Shown piece by piece: positions 39,882 through 50,305 of a stretch of 64,000 nt of DNA. The notes under the pieces were generated by a model that saw only the letters and a program-made list of their open reading frames with translations, was not told the DNA's origin and did no database searches. The DNA is from a virus (taxonomy: Duplodnaviria; Caudoviricetes): positions 1-64,000 of the IMG/VR virus record IMGVR_UViG_3300021060_000040. One strand, given 5' to 3'. The translations under genes were made by a program, and so were the position numbers. Numbering within the stretch: position 1 is the first letter of the stretch; each line of letters opens with the position of its first letter.

Positions 39882-40204
39882 GCGACCCAGCCAGGATGCT
39901 CGCTGAGGTCGGGATTCGTCTCAACAGCTACCGGCCGGGAAACTATTACGTCACATGCCCACAGTGTTCGCACCTCAGAAAAGGCGCGAAACAAAAGATC
40001 AAATGCCTCTCCGTGAAAATCGATGAGAGGGGTGTCGTGTGGAACTGCCACAACGACCAATGCGACTTCGCCGGAGCGCGTAATGACACTGAGCACTTGG
40101 CACCTCGCCGAGCTCGAGAACCGAAGCCTGGACGTCGACGTAGCGACGCGTATGGGGATCTACAGCGGGAAGCGCGTCAAAGATGGATTGGACGACCGGG
40201 GTGA
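39878..40204 (+). CDS. Stand-alone primase zinc-binding domain
   Basis: CPQCS..RK....CLSV....VWNCH..C...G, Twinkle/gp4-type. Confidence 0.8.
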   Translation: MSDPARMLAEVGIRLNSYRPGNYYVTCPQCSHLRKGAKQKIKCLSVKIDERGVVWNCHNDQCDFAGARNDTEHLAPRRAREPKPGRRRSDAYGDLQREARQRWIGRPG

Positions 40205-42743
40205 GCCGATCTTCAAGGTCGTGCCGGACCACAACGGGACGATCCTCTGCTTCCCCTTCATCGAATGCGGCGTCGAGATCTCGACGAAATACCGCGAGAC
40301 CAAGGACGGCCGGAAGAAACTGAGCCAAACCGCCGGCCGGCCCAAGACCTTCTTCAACTGCGACGTGCTCTACGACGAGCACATCATGCAGGAGCTCGAG
40401 GACGGGATCATCGCCCTGGTGATCACCGAGGGCGAGCCGGACTGCGTGGCCTCCGTCCAGTGCGGCCACTACGCCTCGGTCTCCGTACCGAACGGCGCCC
40501 AGCTGCCGGCCCGGGACAAGAAGACCGGCAAGCTGATCGCCGTGCCGGAGGATGCCGCGGACATCGACCCCGAGGATGACGAGGCCTTCGCCTTCATCAA
40601 CCGGCACTGGGAGCGCCTGGCACGGGTCAAGCACTTCTACCTGGCCGTCGATGCGGACGAGGCCGGCCAGCGCCTGGCCAAGGAGCTGGCCCGCCGGCTC
40701 GACCCGGCGCGGTGCTTCCTGATCGATTACCCCAAGGACCCGTGCGTCGTCGCCGACCGGGAGACGGGCGAACTGCGGCCCTGCAAGGACCTCAACGAGG
40801 TGCTGCAGCACTTCGGCCCCGAAGGCGTTCAGAGCGTGCTCGGCAAGGCCCGCCCCTGGCCGGTTGCCGGCCTGTTCGCGATCGCCGACTTCCCCGACGA
40901 GGGCGAGCTCGAAACGCTGCCGATGGGACTCGACCCCGAACTCGACGAGCACATTCTGCTCTACCCGGGCGCGTTCATGGTGCTCACCGGCGTGCCCAAC
41001 ACAGGCAAGTCGGAGGTCGCCAAGCAAATCATCGTCAACATGGCGATGCGATACGGCTGGCACACGGCGATGTTCCCGGGCGAGGAGATGGTCAAGCCGT
41101 TCCTCGAGCGCTCGCTCAAGACCAAGTACCTGAGGCGGCACTATTCGGAATGGACTCCGGAGGAGAGCGCCCGAGCCGACGAATTCCTAGCCCGCCACGT
41201 CCAGGTCATCGCCCAGGATGACCGGACCGACGACGACATCACCCTCGACAAGCTGCTGAAGCTCGCCGCCACCTCCGTGTTCCGGTTCGGCACCAAGCTC
41301 CTGGTGATCGACCCCTGGAACGAGATCGAGCACGAGCGGCCGGCCCACGAGTCGCTCACCGAATATGTCGGCAAGGCCATCCGCAAGATCAAGAAATTCG
41401 CCAAGAGCTACGGCGTCTGCGTGATCGTCGTCGCCCACCCGAAGAAGGTCGAGAGCCAGCCAAACCTCTACGACATCTCGGACTGCTACTCCGAGGACAC
41501 CGAGGTCCTGACCAAACGTGGCTGGTTGCGCCACGCGGAGATCACCCTGGAGGACGAGGTGATGGGCTTCGACCCGAAGACGGATAACCTCGACTGGGCC
41601 CGCCCCAGCCGCGTGGCGAGCTTCGACCATGACGGCGAGATGGTCCGGTTCCAGGGCTACGGCTACGACCTCTTGGTCAGCCCCAACCACCGCATGGTGG
41701 TGAAGCCGGCCTGGAAGGATCCGAAGGGGACGCAGGCAGAGAACGGCCTCGGCCGTCCGACCAAGTACCCGAAGGACCAGTGGTCGTTCACTACGGCCCG
41801 CGAGATCGGCAGCGGCAACTTCATCATGCCCAAGGCCGGCATGGCGGTACCCGGCGACGATCCGGAGACGCTGCTGATCGACGGCAAGATCTTCCCGGCG
41901 GCACCGTTCGCGGAGCTGGTGGGCTGGTATCTGGCCGAAGGCTCCTGGCAGAGCTCCGGCCTGAGCCTCTGCCAGGCGGCTGGTGAGAAGGCCGACCACA
42001 TCGACGGCCTGATCGTAGCCTGCGGTCTGTCGGCGACCCGAGCCGAACGTCCGGACCCGCGCGGGTTCCAGACTATGGTGACTTGGTACTTCGGCGCCCG
42101 GACCAACCCGGAACTCGTACGCTGGATCCGGGATAAGGCCGGCCGTGGCTCGAGTGAGAAGCGGGTGCCCTACCCGTTCTTCGCGATGAGCGCCCGGCTG
42201 AAGGCTGCGCTATTACAAGGCTACATCGACGGCGATGGGCACCGCCCGACGGCCCGCGATGGCATCGTCGCAACGACCACGTCCAAGCAGCTGAGCGACG
42301 ACCTGATGCGGATTGCGGTCGAGATCGGAACCCCGGTCACCGGCCACGAGCGGACGCCAGCCAACCCGGACCACGCGGTCCAGTACCAGATCAACTTCGG
42401 CCGGGAGGCGCGCCGGCAGGTGGCGCTGCGCGGCGCCCGCAACAGCTCGATCGAGCTCTACTCGGGCAAGATCTGGTGTCTGACCATGCCGACCGGGGCG
42501 TACGTCGTGCGCAGGAATGGCAAGGTGACGATCTGCGGAAACTCGGCCCACTGGTACAACAAGGCCGACCTGTCCCTGATCATCGATACCGACGATCCGC
42601 TCGGCGTGATCCGGGACTTCATCATTCCGAAGATCCGGTTCGTCGGGATCACCGGCAAGAAGGGCAAGGTCCAGCTCCGGTTCAACACCCGGCTTCAGAT
42701 GTACGAGCCGATGGCAGCCCTCGCCGCGGCCGCACCGTTTTGA
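40083..42743 (+). CDS. Twinkle/T7 gp4-like TOPRIM primase-helicase with intein
   Basis: ITEGEPD, DADEAG, KDLNE; Walker A GVPNTGKS, LVIDPW, VAHPKK, YDIS/SAHWYNKAD. Confidence 0.92.
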   Translation: MTLSTWHLAELENRSLDVDVATRMGIYSGKRVKDGLDDRGEPIFKVVPDHNGTILCFPFIECGVEISTKYRETKDGRKKLSQTAGRPKTFFNCDVLYDEHIMQELEDGIIALVITEGEPDCVASVQCGHYASVSVPNGAQLPARDKKTGKLIAVPEDAADIDPEDDEAFAFINRHWERLARVKHFYLAVDADEAGQRLAKELARRLDPARCFLIDYPKDPCVVADRETGELRPCKDLNEVLQHFGPEGVQSVLGKARPWPVAGLFAIADFPDEGELETLPMGLDPELDEHILLYPGAFMVLTGVPNTGKSEVAKQIIVNMAMRYGWHTAMFPGEEMVKPFLERSLKTKYLRRHYSEWTPEESARADEFLARHVQVIAQDDRTDDDITLDKLLKLAATSVFRFGTKLLVIDPWNEIEHERPAHESLTEYVGKAIRKIKKFAKSYGVCVIVVAHPKKVESQPNLYDISDCYSEDTEVLTKRGWLRHAEITLEDEVMGFDPKTDNLDWARPSRVASFDHDGEMVRFQGYGYDLLVSPNHRMVVKPAWKDPKGTQAENGLGRPTKYPKDQWSFTTAREIGSGNFIMPKAGMAVPGDDPETLLIDGKIFPAAPFAELVGWYLAEGSWQSSGLSLCQAAGEKADHIDGLIVACGLSATRAERPDPRGFQTMVTWYFGARTNPELVRWIRDKAGRGSSEKRVPYPFFAMSARLKAALLQGYIDGDGHRPTARDGIVATTTSKQLSDDLMRIAVEIGTPVTGHERTPANPDHAVQYQINFGREARRQVALRGARNSSIELYSGKIWCLTMPTGAYVVRRNGKVTICGNSAHWYNKADLSLIIDTDDPLGVIRDFIIPKIRFVGITGKKGKVQLRFNTRLQMYEPMAALAAAAPF
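41484..42542 (+). mobile_element. Intein with LAGLIDADG homing endonuclease (353 aa)
   Basis: Starts CYSEDTEVLT, block B VSPNHRM, LVGWYLAEG and LLQGYIDGDG, ends ICGN followed by S. Confidence 0.93.
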
Positions 42744-42801
42744 GTTTGCGCTTGCGCGATTGCAAACAGAATGCTAATGGACACGCAGAGAAGGAGACAT
42801 C

Positions 42802-43314
42802 ATGGCAGGCTCGGTCAACAAGGTCATTCTGGTCGGCAATCTGGGGCGCGACCCGGAGGTGCGCCGGCTGGGCAGCGGTGACCCCATCTGCAATCTCCGC
42901 CTCGCGACGACCGAGTCCTGGAAGGACAAGGCCTCCGGCGAGCGCAAGGACAAGACCGAGTGGCACTCGGTCGTGATCTACAACGAAAACCTTTCCAAGA
43001 TCGCCGAGCAGTACCTGCGCAAGGGCTCGAAGGTCTATATCGAGGGCCAGCTCCAGACCCGGAAATGGACCGACAACGCCGGCGTTGAGAAGTACACCAC
43101 CGAGGTGGTGCTCCAGCGCTTCCGCGGCGAGTTGACGATCCTCGACGGCCGAGGCGGCGGCGACGATGCTGGAGACGATGACGGCGGCCGCGGCCAGGGT
43201 GGCGACCGCCGTCCGGCACAGGCATCGCGCGGCGGTGGCCGGCCATCCGGCGGCCGGGCGCAGGGCGGCTACGACCTCGACGACGACATCCCGTTCGGCC
43301 CCGAGTTCCGCTGA
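42802..43314 (+). CDS. ssb: Single-stranded DNA-binding protein
   Basis: MAGSVNKVILVGNLGRDPE...DDDIPF. Confidence 0.97.
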   Translation: MAGSVNKVILVGNLGRDPEVRRLGSGDPICNLRLATTESWKDKASGERKDKTEWHSVVIYNENLSKIAEQYLRKGSKVYIEGQLQTRKWTDNAGVEKYTTEVVLQRFRGELTILDGRGGGDDAGDDDGGRGQGGDRRPAQASRGGGRPSGGRAQGGYDLDDDIPFGPEFR

Positions 43315-43386
43315 GGCTCCGCGGGCCCGCATAACCATGCCGACACGCTTGCGCGATTGCAAGCGGATCGCAAACAGGACAGATCC

Positions 43387-44198
43387 GTGAACAACTCCAA
43401 TCTGACAGCCCTCTTCGAGCAGATCTTCGGGTCGCCGACGCCCCTCGCCGAGCGTCGGACCGTGGAGGTCCACCCCGACACCCTCAAGCAGATGAGCCTG
43501 CTCGGCCTGATCGACCTGGTGAGCGACGGGCAGAAAACCTACCGCACCTACGCCGGCTACCCGCTGGTCGTGAGCGCGGACACGGCCCGGATCGATGTGG
43601 ATCCGGCAACCCTGTTCAGGGAGCTGATCCAGGGCGAACAGCCGGCCGCCGCGCCGCGCGATGCAGCGGCACCGGTCCCGCAGACCTTCGTGCCCTACGA
43701 GATCGAGGTCGTGGCCGAGGCGCCAGAGCCGCTCGAGGCCGCCGAGTTCGAACCGCTGCAGCGCTTCCCCAAGCGGGAGCTGCTCGCCGACCTGTCCCGG
43801 GCCGCGGGCAGCCTGTCCGCCGCCATCCTGGTGATCAGCGAGCAGGTCGAACTGCTCGAGGGGGACGAGTGAGCCGCCTGCAGCCTGGAGCTGGGGCCCT
43901 CGCCGAGTATTACGAGTGGTTCACGGGGGCCGCCCACGGCGCGGCCCTCGCCTACCACGTCGGCGACCTGTCCTACGATCGCCTGCGCGAGGACACGCCT
44001 GAGCCGGACATCGCGGCCGCGCGGCGGCTCACCGATGTCGCGGCCCGGATCCAGTCCGACGCCCGGGACGGCTACCTCATCCTGACCCAGAAGAAGCTGG
44101 CCACGTCGGTCTACGAGTACCGCGCCACCCGCGTCCGGCGCTCCCACGAGCCGAGCTACGAAGCGAGCCCGACCCGTGCAGATCCGATACCGACCTGA
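43387..44198 (+). CDS. Hypothetical genes 43387-43872 and 43869-44198
   Basis: Coupled ORFs after the motif at 43349. Confidence 0.65.
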
Positions 44199-44763
44199 CG
44201 ACCGCGCCAAGCTGCTGCGCTGGCTGACCCACGGCGTCGGTCTGGCGATCGATCGGTTCGGCCCGGACAAGGCCAGCGCCCAGAAAGCGATCTGGTGCCT
44301 GCTCGGCGAGGCGCTCGAGACCCTGGACCGCGTGCCGGACCAGGAGCGGCGTTGGCTCTCATCGGGCACCCGATCGGGTGGCTGGAGCCAGGTCGGATTG
44401 ACCGCCCACGACCTGATGGAAATTGAGCGGCTGCGCATCCTCTCGGCGATGTCGCCCTTCGAAACCTCGACCAAGGTGGTGCCCCAGAAGGACGCCGTCG
44501 AGCGCGCCCTCGGGGTGTTGCTCTGGCTCAGGTGGCTGTCGGCTGGTGACGACCATCGCCTGCAACGCGCGGCGGTGCTGCTCGCCCGCGGCCGAGAAGA
44601 CGAGGCGGCCAGGGCCTTCGCCAGCCGGATCAAGGGCTCGAACAAGGTCGCCTACGAAATCCGCACCCAAGCCGTCGGCAAGATCCTGCGCGGCCTGCGC
44701 GAGGACGCCGGCATCGTTCCGTCGCCGGACAAGGTCCGGTTCCAAGAGCTGTATCCATGCTGA
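44176..44763 (+). CDS. DUF6362-like putative phage transcription regulator
   Basis: EALETL..VP..W...P....ERA..L.WL.WL pattern. Confidence 0.55.
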   Translation: MQIRYRPDDRAKLLRWLTHGVGLAIDRFGPDKASAQKAIWCLLGEALETLDRVPDQERRWLSSGTRSGGWSQVGLTAHDLMEIERLRILSAMSPFETSTKVVPQKDAVERALGVLLWLRWLSAGDDHRLQRAAVLLARGREDEAARAFASRIKGSNKVAYEIRTQAVGKILRGLREDAGIVPSPDKVRFQELYPC

Positions 44764-45443
44764 TGCCATCCAGGGGCTATCCCCTGCCCGCATACGAGGC
44801 GCCGGCCGCAATCCTGCCCGAGGCCGCGCCCGCTGGCGCCGAGCCGCCGCCCTTCGAGCCCTTCGCCAAGATCCCCCGCTTCGCTCGGGAATCGACCACG
44901 ACCGAGAAGATCAACGGCACGAACGCCCAGATCCTGGTCACCCAATACGGCGACGTGTTCGCCGGCTCGCGGACGCGCTGGATCTCCCCCGGCAAGCTGA
45001 CCGACAATTACGGGTTCGCGGCCTGGGTCGAAGGCAACCGTGACGAGCTCCTGGACCTCGGGCCCGGCAAGCACTTCGGCGAATGGTGGGGCGCCGGCAT
45101 CCAGTCCGGCTACGGACTCACCGAGCGCCGGTTCTCGCTGTTCAACGTCGCCCGCTGGCGGCCCCGCCCCGAGGTCCGGACGCCGTCCCCGGCCGAGGAG
45201 GCCTTCATCCACGAGAAGGCCTGCTTCGCGCCGGCCTGCTGCGACGTGGTGCCGGTGATGTACCGTGGCCCGTTCGACACCGCGGCGGTCGATGCGTGCC
45301 TGCAGCGCCTGCGCGTCGAGGGCAGCGTAGCGGCCCCCGGCTTCATGCAGCCCGAGGGGGTGATCATCCACCACTCGTCGTCCGGCACGCTCTGGAAGCG
45401 GCTCCTGGTCAACGACGAGGGCCACAAGGGCACGCTGCACTGA
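44757..45443 (+). CDS. ATP-dependent RNA ligase (Rnl2-like)
   Basis: Motif I TEKINGTN, SR, FGEW, FSLF, VP, PEGVII, K. Confidence 0.82.
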   Translation: MLMPSRGYPLPAYEAPAAILPEAAPAGAEPPPFEPFAKIPRFARESTTTEKINGTNAQILVTQYGDVFAGSRTRWISPGKLTDNYGFAAWVEGNRDELLDLGPGKHFGEWWGAGIQSGYGLTERRFSLFNVARWRPRPEVRTPSPAEEAFIHEKACFAPACCDVVPVMYRGPFDTAAVDACLQRLRVEGSVAAPGFMQPEGVIIHHSSSGTLWKRLLVNDEGHKGTLH

Positions 45444-47308
45444 TGGGCGAGCTCGACGCCGTCAGCGTCCGCTCCGCGGTCGCCCGGGCGACGATGGCGG
45501 ACCGGATCGAAGACTACGAAGCGGCCTGCCTGACGGGCACCCAGTCCGATCTGCACGAGGCCGCCCTTGGCTTCCATCTCGCAGCCGCAGGCCTCGCCGG
45601 CGCCCTGCTCAACCAAGCCGAAGAGATCCTGAAATTCTGGGGCATCGACCCCGCGACGAGACCGTAATGCACCTCGATTTCGACCTCCCAACCTGGGGCT
45701 TCGCGCTCCTGCTGACGGCTGCCATCTGGATCGCCGGAAACTGGCGCTTCAGCCGCAAGACCGACACCATCGGCTTCGGCATCGGCCATATCGTCGATGC
45801 CTACGTGTACTCGGGCCTCTGCCTCTTCGGCACGCTCGTCACCTGGATGGGCTACTTCGCCATCCTGGCCTGGAGCCGGTCATGAGCGCGGCCCTTGCCA
45901 GCCTGATGCCGGACTGCCCGACGCCATTCTTCGTCGACCTCCCCGAGCCCAAGCCAACCCGCCAGATCGTCGATGTGACGGTGTTCGACGTCGTCGCGAT
46001 GACCTCGGCCCGGGGCCATCTCTCGGCCCGCGGCTTCGTCGAGGAGTTGCTCGACCACCTCGGCAGCGTGCCTGAGCAGTACCGGGACGCGATCAAGTTC
46101 TCGTATCGGCCGGATGGCTACGGCGGTCTCGAGGAGTGCCGGGCGCACTACCGGCGCCGGGAGACCGACGCCGAGTTCAAGTCCCGCCTCGAGGAAGCGG
46201 AGATCAAGGTCCGGACGGCACGCGAGCAGCAGGAGCGCATTGCGGCCAACCGCGCCGCCGCGGAGCGCAAGGAATACGAGCGCCTGAAGGCCCTGTTCGA
46301 GCCCGCCCCCGTCGACACGGTGGCCCAGCTATGAGCGAGCACCGGGCCATCACCGTGCTCATGGGCGCGATCGTCTTCCTCGGCCTTCTGGCGGCTCTGG
46401 AGACATGCTCCCGCACCACCACCGCTACCGCTCAGATCCAGGCCGACGCCCGGGTCAGCATCGCCCGGGAGCACACCGAGCGCTCCGCCGCCCGTCTCGG
46501 CACCGTCCGATGTGTCCTGCACCACCCGACCTGTGAGGATCGGCCATGAAGCTTACCGAGATCGCGCAGGCGTCAGCCCTGCGCGACAGCCTCGCCAACA
46601 TCCGGCGGATGCAGGATGCGCTCAGAGGCGGGACGACTCAGCTGCGCGTGACGGTCGTCGGCGAAAACCTCCCGGCCGAGCTGCTGGCCGACGTGCGCCA
46701 GGTGGTGCTGACCGGCCTGACCAAGGTTCAATCGACGATCGCCGACCAGCTGACAGCGCTCGGCGTGACCGATGTAACGAAGGCCTCCTGATGCTGACCG
46801 GTCACGACATCCACATCGAAATCGACCCGAAGGCCCGCATCCAGGGCCTGCTCGAGACCGTCGATCGCTACCTGACCGCTTACCGGGAATCCGAGCAAAG
46901 GCGCCAGGCGCTGTTCGCCCTATGCAGCACGCTGAAGGGCGTGCTCGAGGACCTGCATCGCTACGTCCAGGACATGCCGCTGACCCGGCACGCGTTCGAC
47001 CTCGACGCAGTCCTGACCGCAGTCCTCGATGCGATCTCGGACATTCCGTCGCCGTCGACGGCGGATGGCGAGCCGGCGGCGGCGTAGTGGCCCGATCCAC
47101 CTACGTCTACCTGGCGCTGGACGAGCACAGCACGCCGCTCGGTGCCTTCACGGTCAAGCACGAGCTCGTTTGGTGGCTGAGCCACGAGCAGCACAAGGCG
47201 GTTTGCGTGCTGCGGATGTCCGACGGCCCCCGCAACAGCCCGCTGGAGATGCGGGGAGCCGACATCTCCTACGACGCCGCGATCAAGCCCCACCTGAAGG
47301 TCAGGTGA
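45443..47308 (+). CDS. Hypothetical genes 45443-45667, 45667-45885, 45882-46334, 46331-46549, 46546-46791, 46791-47087, 47087-47308
   Basis: Chain of stop/start-coupled ORFs. Confidence 0.65.
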
Positions 47309-48018
47309 TGCGGGAGATCGTCCTCGACACCGAGACCACCGGTATCGGTGCCGGCCACCGCGTCATCGAGATCGGCTGCGTCGAGCTGGTCAACATGCTG
47401 CCCACCGGCAAGCACTTCCACGTCTACCTGAACCCCGAGCGAGCGGTGGATCCCGGCGCATTCCGGGTCCACGGCCTCTCGGACGCCTTTTTGAAGGACA
47501 AGCCGCCGTTCCGCCTGATCGCCGGCAAGCTGCTGAAGTTCTTAGGTAACGCCCGGCTGTTCGCGCACAATGCGCCCTTCGACAAGGGCATGCTCGATGC
47601 CGAGTTCGAGCTCCTGGGCTTCGGTCAGATCCTGAACGAGTGGGTCGACACTCTGCCAATGGCCCGGAAGGCCAAGCCCGGCGGTAAGCACAACCTCGAC
47701 GTTCTGCTCAAGCACTACGGTATCGGTAGCACCAACCGGAAGCTGCACGGGGCGCTGCTCGACGCTCAGCTGTTGGCCGAGGTGCTGCTGCACCTGCGCG
47801 GCGGTAAGCAGATCGGGCTGGACCTCGCGGTCGAAACCGACGCGGCAGCCGCCGAGGGCGAGCGCCGGCACTACCCGCTGGGTTCGTTCCGGCGACACCG
47901 GTTCACCGAGGATGAGCTTGCGAGCCATGCCGCCTTCGTGGCCACGCTCCCCAACGCGGTCTGGAACGACAATACGCCCGCCCAGGATGGCGAAGGCGCC
48001 ATGGAGATCGCCGCCTGA
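47308..48018 (+). CDS. dnaQ: DNA polymerase III epsilon-like DEDDh exonuclease
   Basis: MREIVLDTETTG, HNAPFD, HGALLDAQLLAEV. Confidence 0.93.
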   Translation: MREIVLDTETTGIGAGHRVIEIGCVELVNMLPTGKHFHVYLNPERAVDPGAFRVHGLSDAFLKDKPPFRLIAGKLLKFLGNARLFAHNAPFDKGMLDAEFELLGFGQILNEWVDTLPMARKAKPGGKHNLDVLLKHYGIGSTNRKLHGALLDAQLLAEVLLHLRGGKQIGLDLAVETDAAAAEGERRHYPLGSFRRHRFTEDELASHAAFVATLPNAVWNDNTPAQDGEGAMEIAA

Positions 48019-48096
48019 GGCTGCGCCTCCGGGCATCACATCCGTTTGCGCTTGCGTGATTGCAAACGATATGCAAATAGGAGACGAGGAGTCTCG

Positions 48097-49062
48097 ATGC
48101 AGCTGTTTCGCCGGACCGGCCACCTGTGCATGTCGATGGCCGCCAAACGGGACCGGCGGCTGACCATCGGTGGGTCGGACGCCAAGATCATCATGGGCGA
48201 CAATCCGGACGCCCTCTTACACCTGTGGCAGGAGAAGCGCGCCGAGATCGAGATCGAGGACGAGTCCGGCGAGGAAAACGTCCTCCAGCGTCTCGGCTAC
48301 GTGACCGAGCCACTCAACTACGACCTCTTCGAGTACCACACCGGGCTCTACGTCACGGACGAGCAGGAGAAGGCGTTCCGCGACGACTTCCCGTTCATGC
48401 ACGCCACGCTCGACGGCAAGGTGCGCAGGGAGCTGCTGGGCTCGGTGATCGGCATCATGGATGCCAAGTTCAACCTGCCATTCAACAACTGGTCGATCGA
48501 GAAGGCCCTCGAGACGCACTGGGCGCAGCTGCAGCACAACGCCTTCGTGGTCGACGTCGACCGGGTCTGGCTGTCGGTGATCAAGGCCACCGGCGGCTAC
48601 GCGCTGATCGAGGCCGAGGCCGACCCGTTCTACCAGGTTCAGTTGGTCCGGGCCGAGCGGGAATTCGTCCGGTGCGTCGAGACCGGCGACGTCCCCCAGC
48701 AGGCGGCTGTGGCGGCGCGCAAGCTTGGCCCCAAGCCCGAGCCGATCAAGGTCTACGACATGACCGTGTCGTCCTCGGCCAACGAATGGGCGGTTCTGGC
48801 CCAGCACATCCAGGAGACCCTGCCAGCCGCCGAGCTCCATGCGGCCAGCAAGGACCGACTCAAGAAGCTGGTCCCCGACGACGCCGCCCTGGCCTCGGGG
48901 CACAGCGTGTCGATCAAGCGATCGAAGGCCGGCGCGGCCCTCTTCGACATCACCGGCGCCAAGGCGGCCCGGGAGCAGGCGAAGGTGGCGCTCGACGGCG
49001 AGCCCACCCCCAAGCCCAGGCGCTCCCGCGCCAAGGCACAACCCCAAATGGCCGCGGCCTGA
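48097..49062 (+). CDS. YqaJ/lambda-exonuclease family protein
   Basis: IGGSDA, LW.EK, HATLDG, DAK, AQLQH. Confidence 0.88.
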   Translation: MQLFRRTGHLCMSMAAKRDRRLTIGGSDAKIIMGDNPDALLHLWQEKRAEIEIEDESGEENVLQRLGYVTEPLNYDLFEYHTGLYVTDEQEKAFRDDFPFMHATLDGKVRRELLGSVIGIMDAKFNLPFNNWSIEKALETHWAQLQHNAFVVDVDRVWLSVIKATGGYALIEAEADPFYQVQLVRAEREFVRCVETGDVPQQAAVAARKLGPKPEPIKVYDMTVSSSANEWAVLAQHIQETLPAAELHAASKDRLKKLVPDDAALASGHSVSIKRSKAGAALFDITGAKAAREQAKVALDGEPTPKPRRSRAKAQPQMAAA

Positions 49063-49069
49063 GAAACGC

Positions 49070-49519
49070 ATGACCGAATCCCTCCAAGATGCCATCGACC
49101 GCCTGGTCCAGGAGAAGACGTTCGGGCTCGATGCCCTGGACGGCGTGCGCAGCCTGAAGACCAAGGCTGCCGAGCAGGACGCCAAGATCGCCGCGCTCAA
49201 CCGAACCCTCGAGCAGCGCGGCGTCGAGATCGTCACCGCCCGGGCCCGGATCAGCAGCCTGGAGCGCGAGATCGAGATCAACAAGGCGCGCGAGACCGCC
49301 CTTGAGCAGCGCGAGGCCAAGGTCCGGGACCTCGAGCTCAAGGAAGCCGTCTCCACCGCCAAGGGGGAGACCCTGGGCAAGGTGTTCGACACGATCTTCG
49401 GCAACGTGCGGGTGCGCGAGACCGCGGTCCGCCAGCTGCCCTTCACCACCGTCGAGCACGGACGGTCCTACACCGGCTTCCAACAGGCCCACGAGACTGT
49501 CGAGCGCGTCAACGAATAG
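49070..49519 (+). CDS. Coiled-coil hypothetical protein
   Basis: Heptad-rich ORF. Confidence 0.65.
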   Translation: MTESLQDAIDRLVQEKTFGLDALDGVRSLKTKAAEQDAKIAALNRTLEQRGVEIVTARARISSLEREIEINKARETALEQREAKVRDLELKEAVSTAKGETLGKVFDTIFGNVRVRETAVRQLPFTTVEHGRSYTGFQQAHETVERVNE

Positions 49520-49563
49520 CCGACGCACGCCCTTGCGCTTGCGCGATTTCAAAGGAGATCGAA

Positions 49564-50295
49564 ATGGATTTGGAAACCGTCAAACGGATTTTCCGCGACA
49601 ACAACGTGCCCATTACCCGGGACGATGCCTGGACCGTCCAGGGGTCGACCATGGTGGTGAAGCACAAGGCGCTGGAACGGCTGGCCGCCGCGTTCAAGCT
49701 GGTCTGGGATGCCCCGATCGTCGTCCGCGCCGAGCGTGAGGAAGCGGTGATCATGGCCCGGGCGACACGCCCCGATAACGGCGTGGCCGAATGGTCGTTC
49801 GGCGAGGCCCTGGTCAACGTGAACTATCGCGTTTCGGGCAAGCAGGCGGCCTACGTCTACGCCATGGCTGAGAAGCGCGCCAAGGACCGGGTGATCCTCA
49901 AGCTCACCGGACTGCACGGCGTCTACTCGGAGGAGGAGGCCGAAGAGAAGTTCGCCATCGAGAACCGGACGGACCATCCCGCCGAGCAGGACAGGCGCTC
50001 TGAAGCGACGTCGGGCGGCGAGCCGTTCCGCCAGGAGGAACGGGACCGTCCGGCCGCCGGCGCTGGGGCCGGCGACTCGGAGGTCGAGATCGAGCTGAAG
50101 ACCAAGGTCGATGCCTGCCAGACGTTCGACGAGGTCACCGACCTGATGCTCGATGAAGGCACGCAGGCGATCTTGGAGGCCCTGGGCACCGCGCGGGCCG
50201 AGGCGATCAAGACCTACGGCAAGATGCGGCTCAAGGCCCTGGGTTGGCCGGCCCGCCGCGGGGCTGGCGCCCAGCGTCAGGCCGAGGCGGCCTGA
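49564..50295 (+). CDS. Putative single-strand annealing protein
   Basis: YAMAEKRAKDRVILKL.GLHG.YSEEE; position near YqaJ. Confidence 0.55.
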   Translation: MDLETVKRIFRDNNVPITRDDAWTVQGSTMVVKHKALERLAAAFKLVWDAPIVVRAEREEAVIMARATRPDNGVAEWSFGEALVNVNYRVSGKQAAYVYAMAEKRAKDRVILKLTGLHGVYSEEEAEEKFAIENRTDHPAEQDRRSEATSGGEPFRQEERDRPAAGAGAGDSEVEIELKTKVDACQTFDEVTDLMLDEGTQAILEALGTARAEAIKTYGKMRLKALGWPARRGAGAQRQAEAA

Positions 50296-50305
50296 GCGCT
50301 CTCGG

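Noticed and set aside
13247-48096. ORF-track N-termini such as MRDFK/MRDCK as a shared protein motif
   Set aside because: Translation artefact of the DNA motif's TTG; true starts are the downstream ATGs after the RBS
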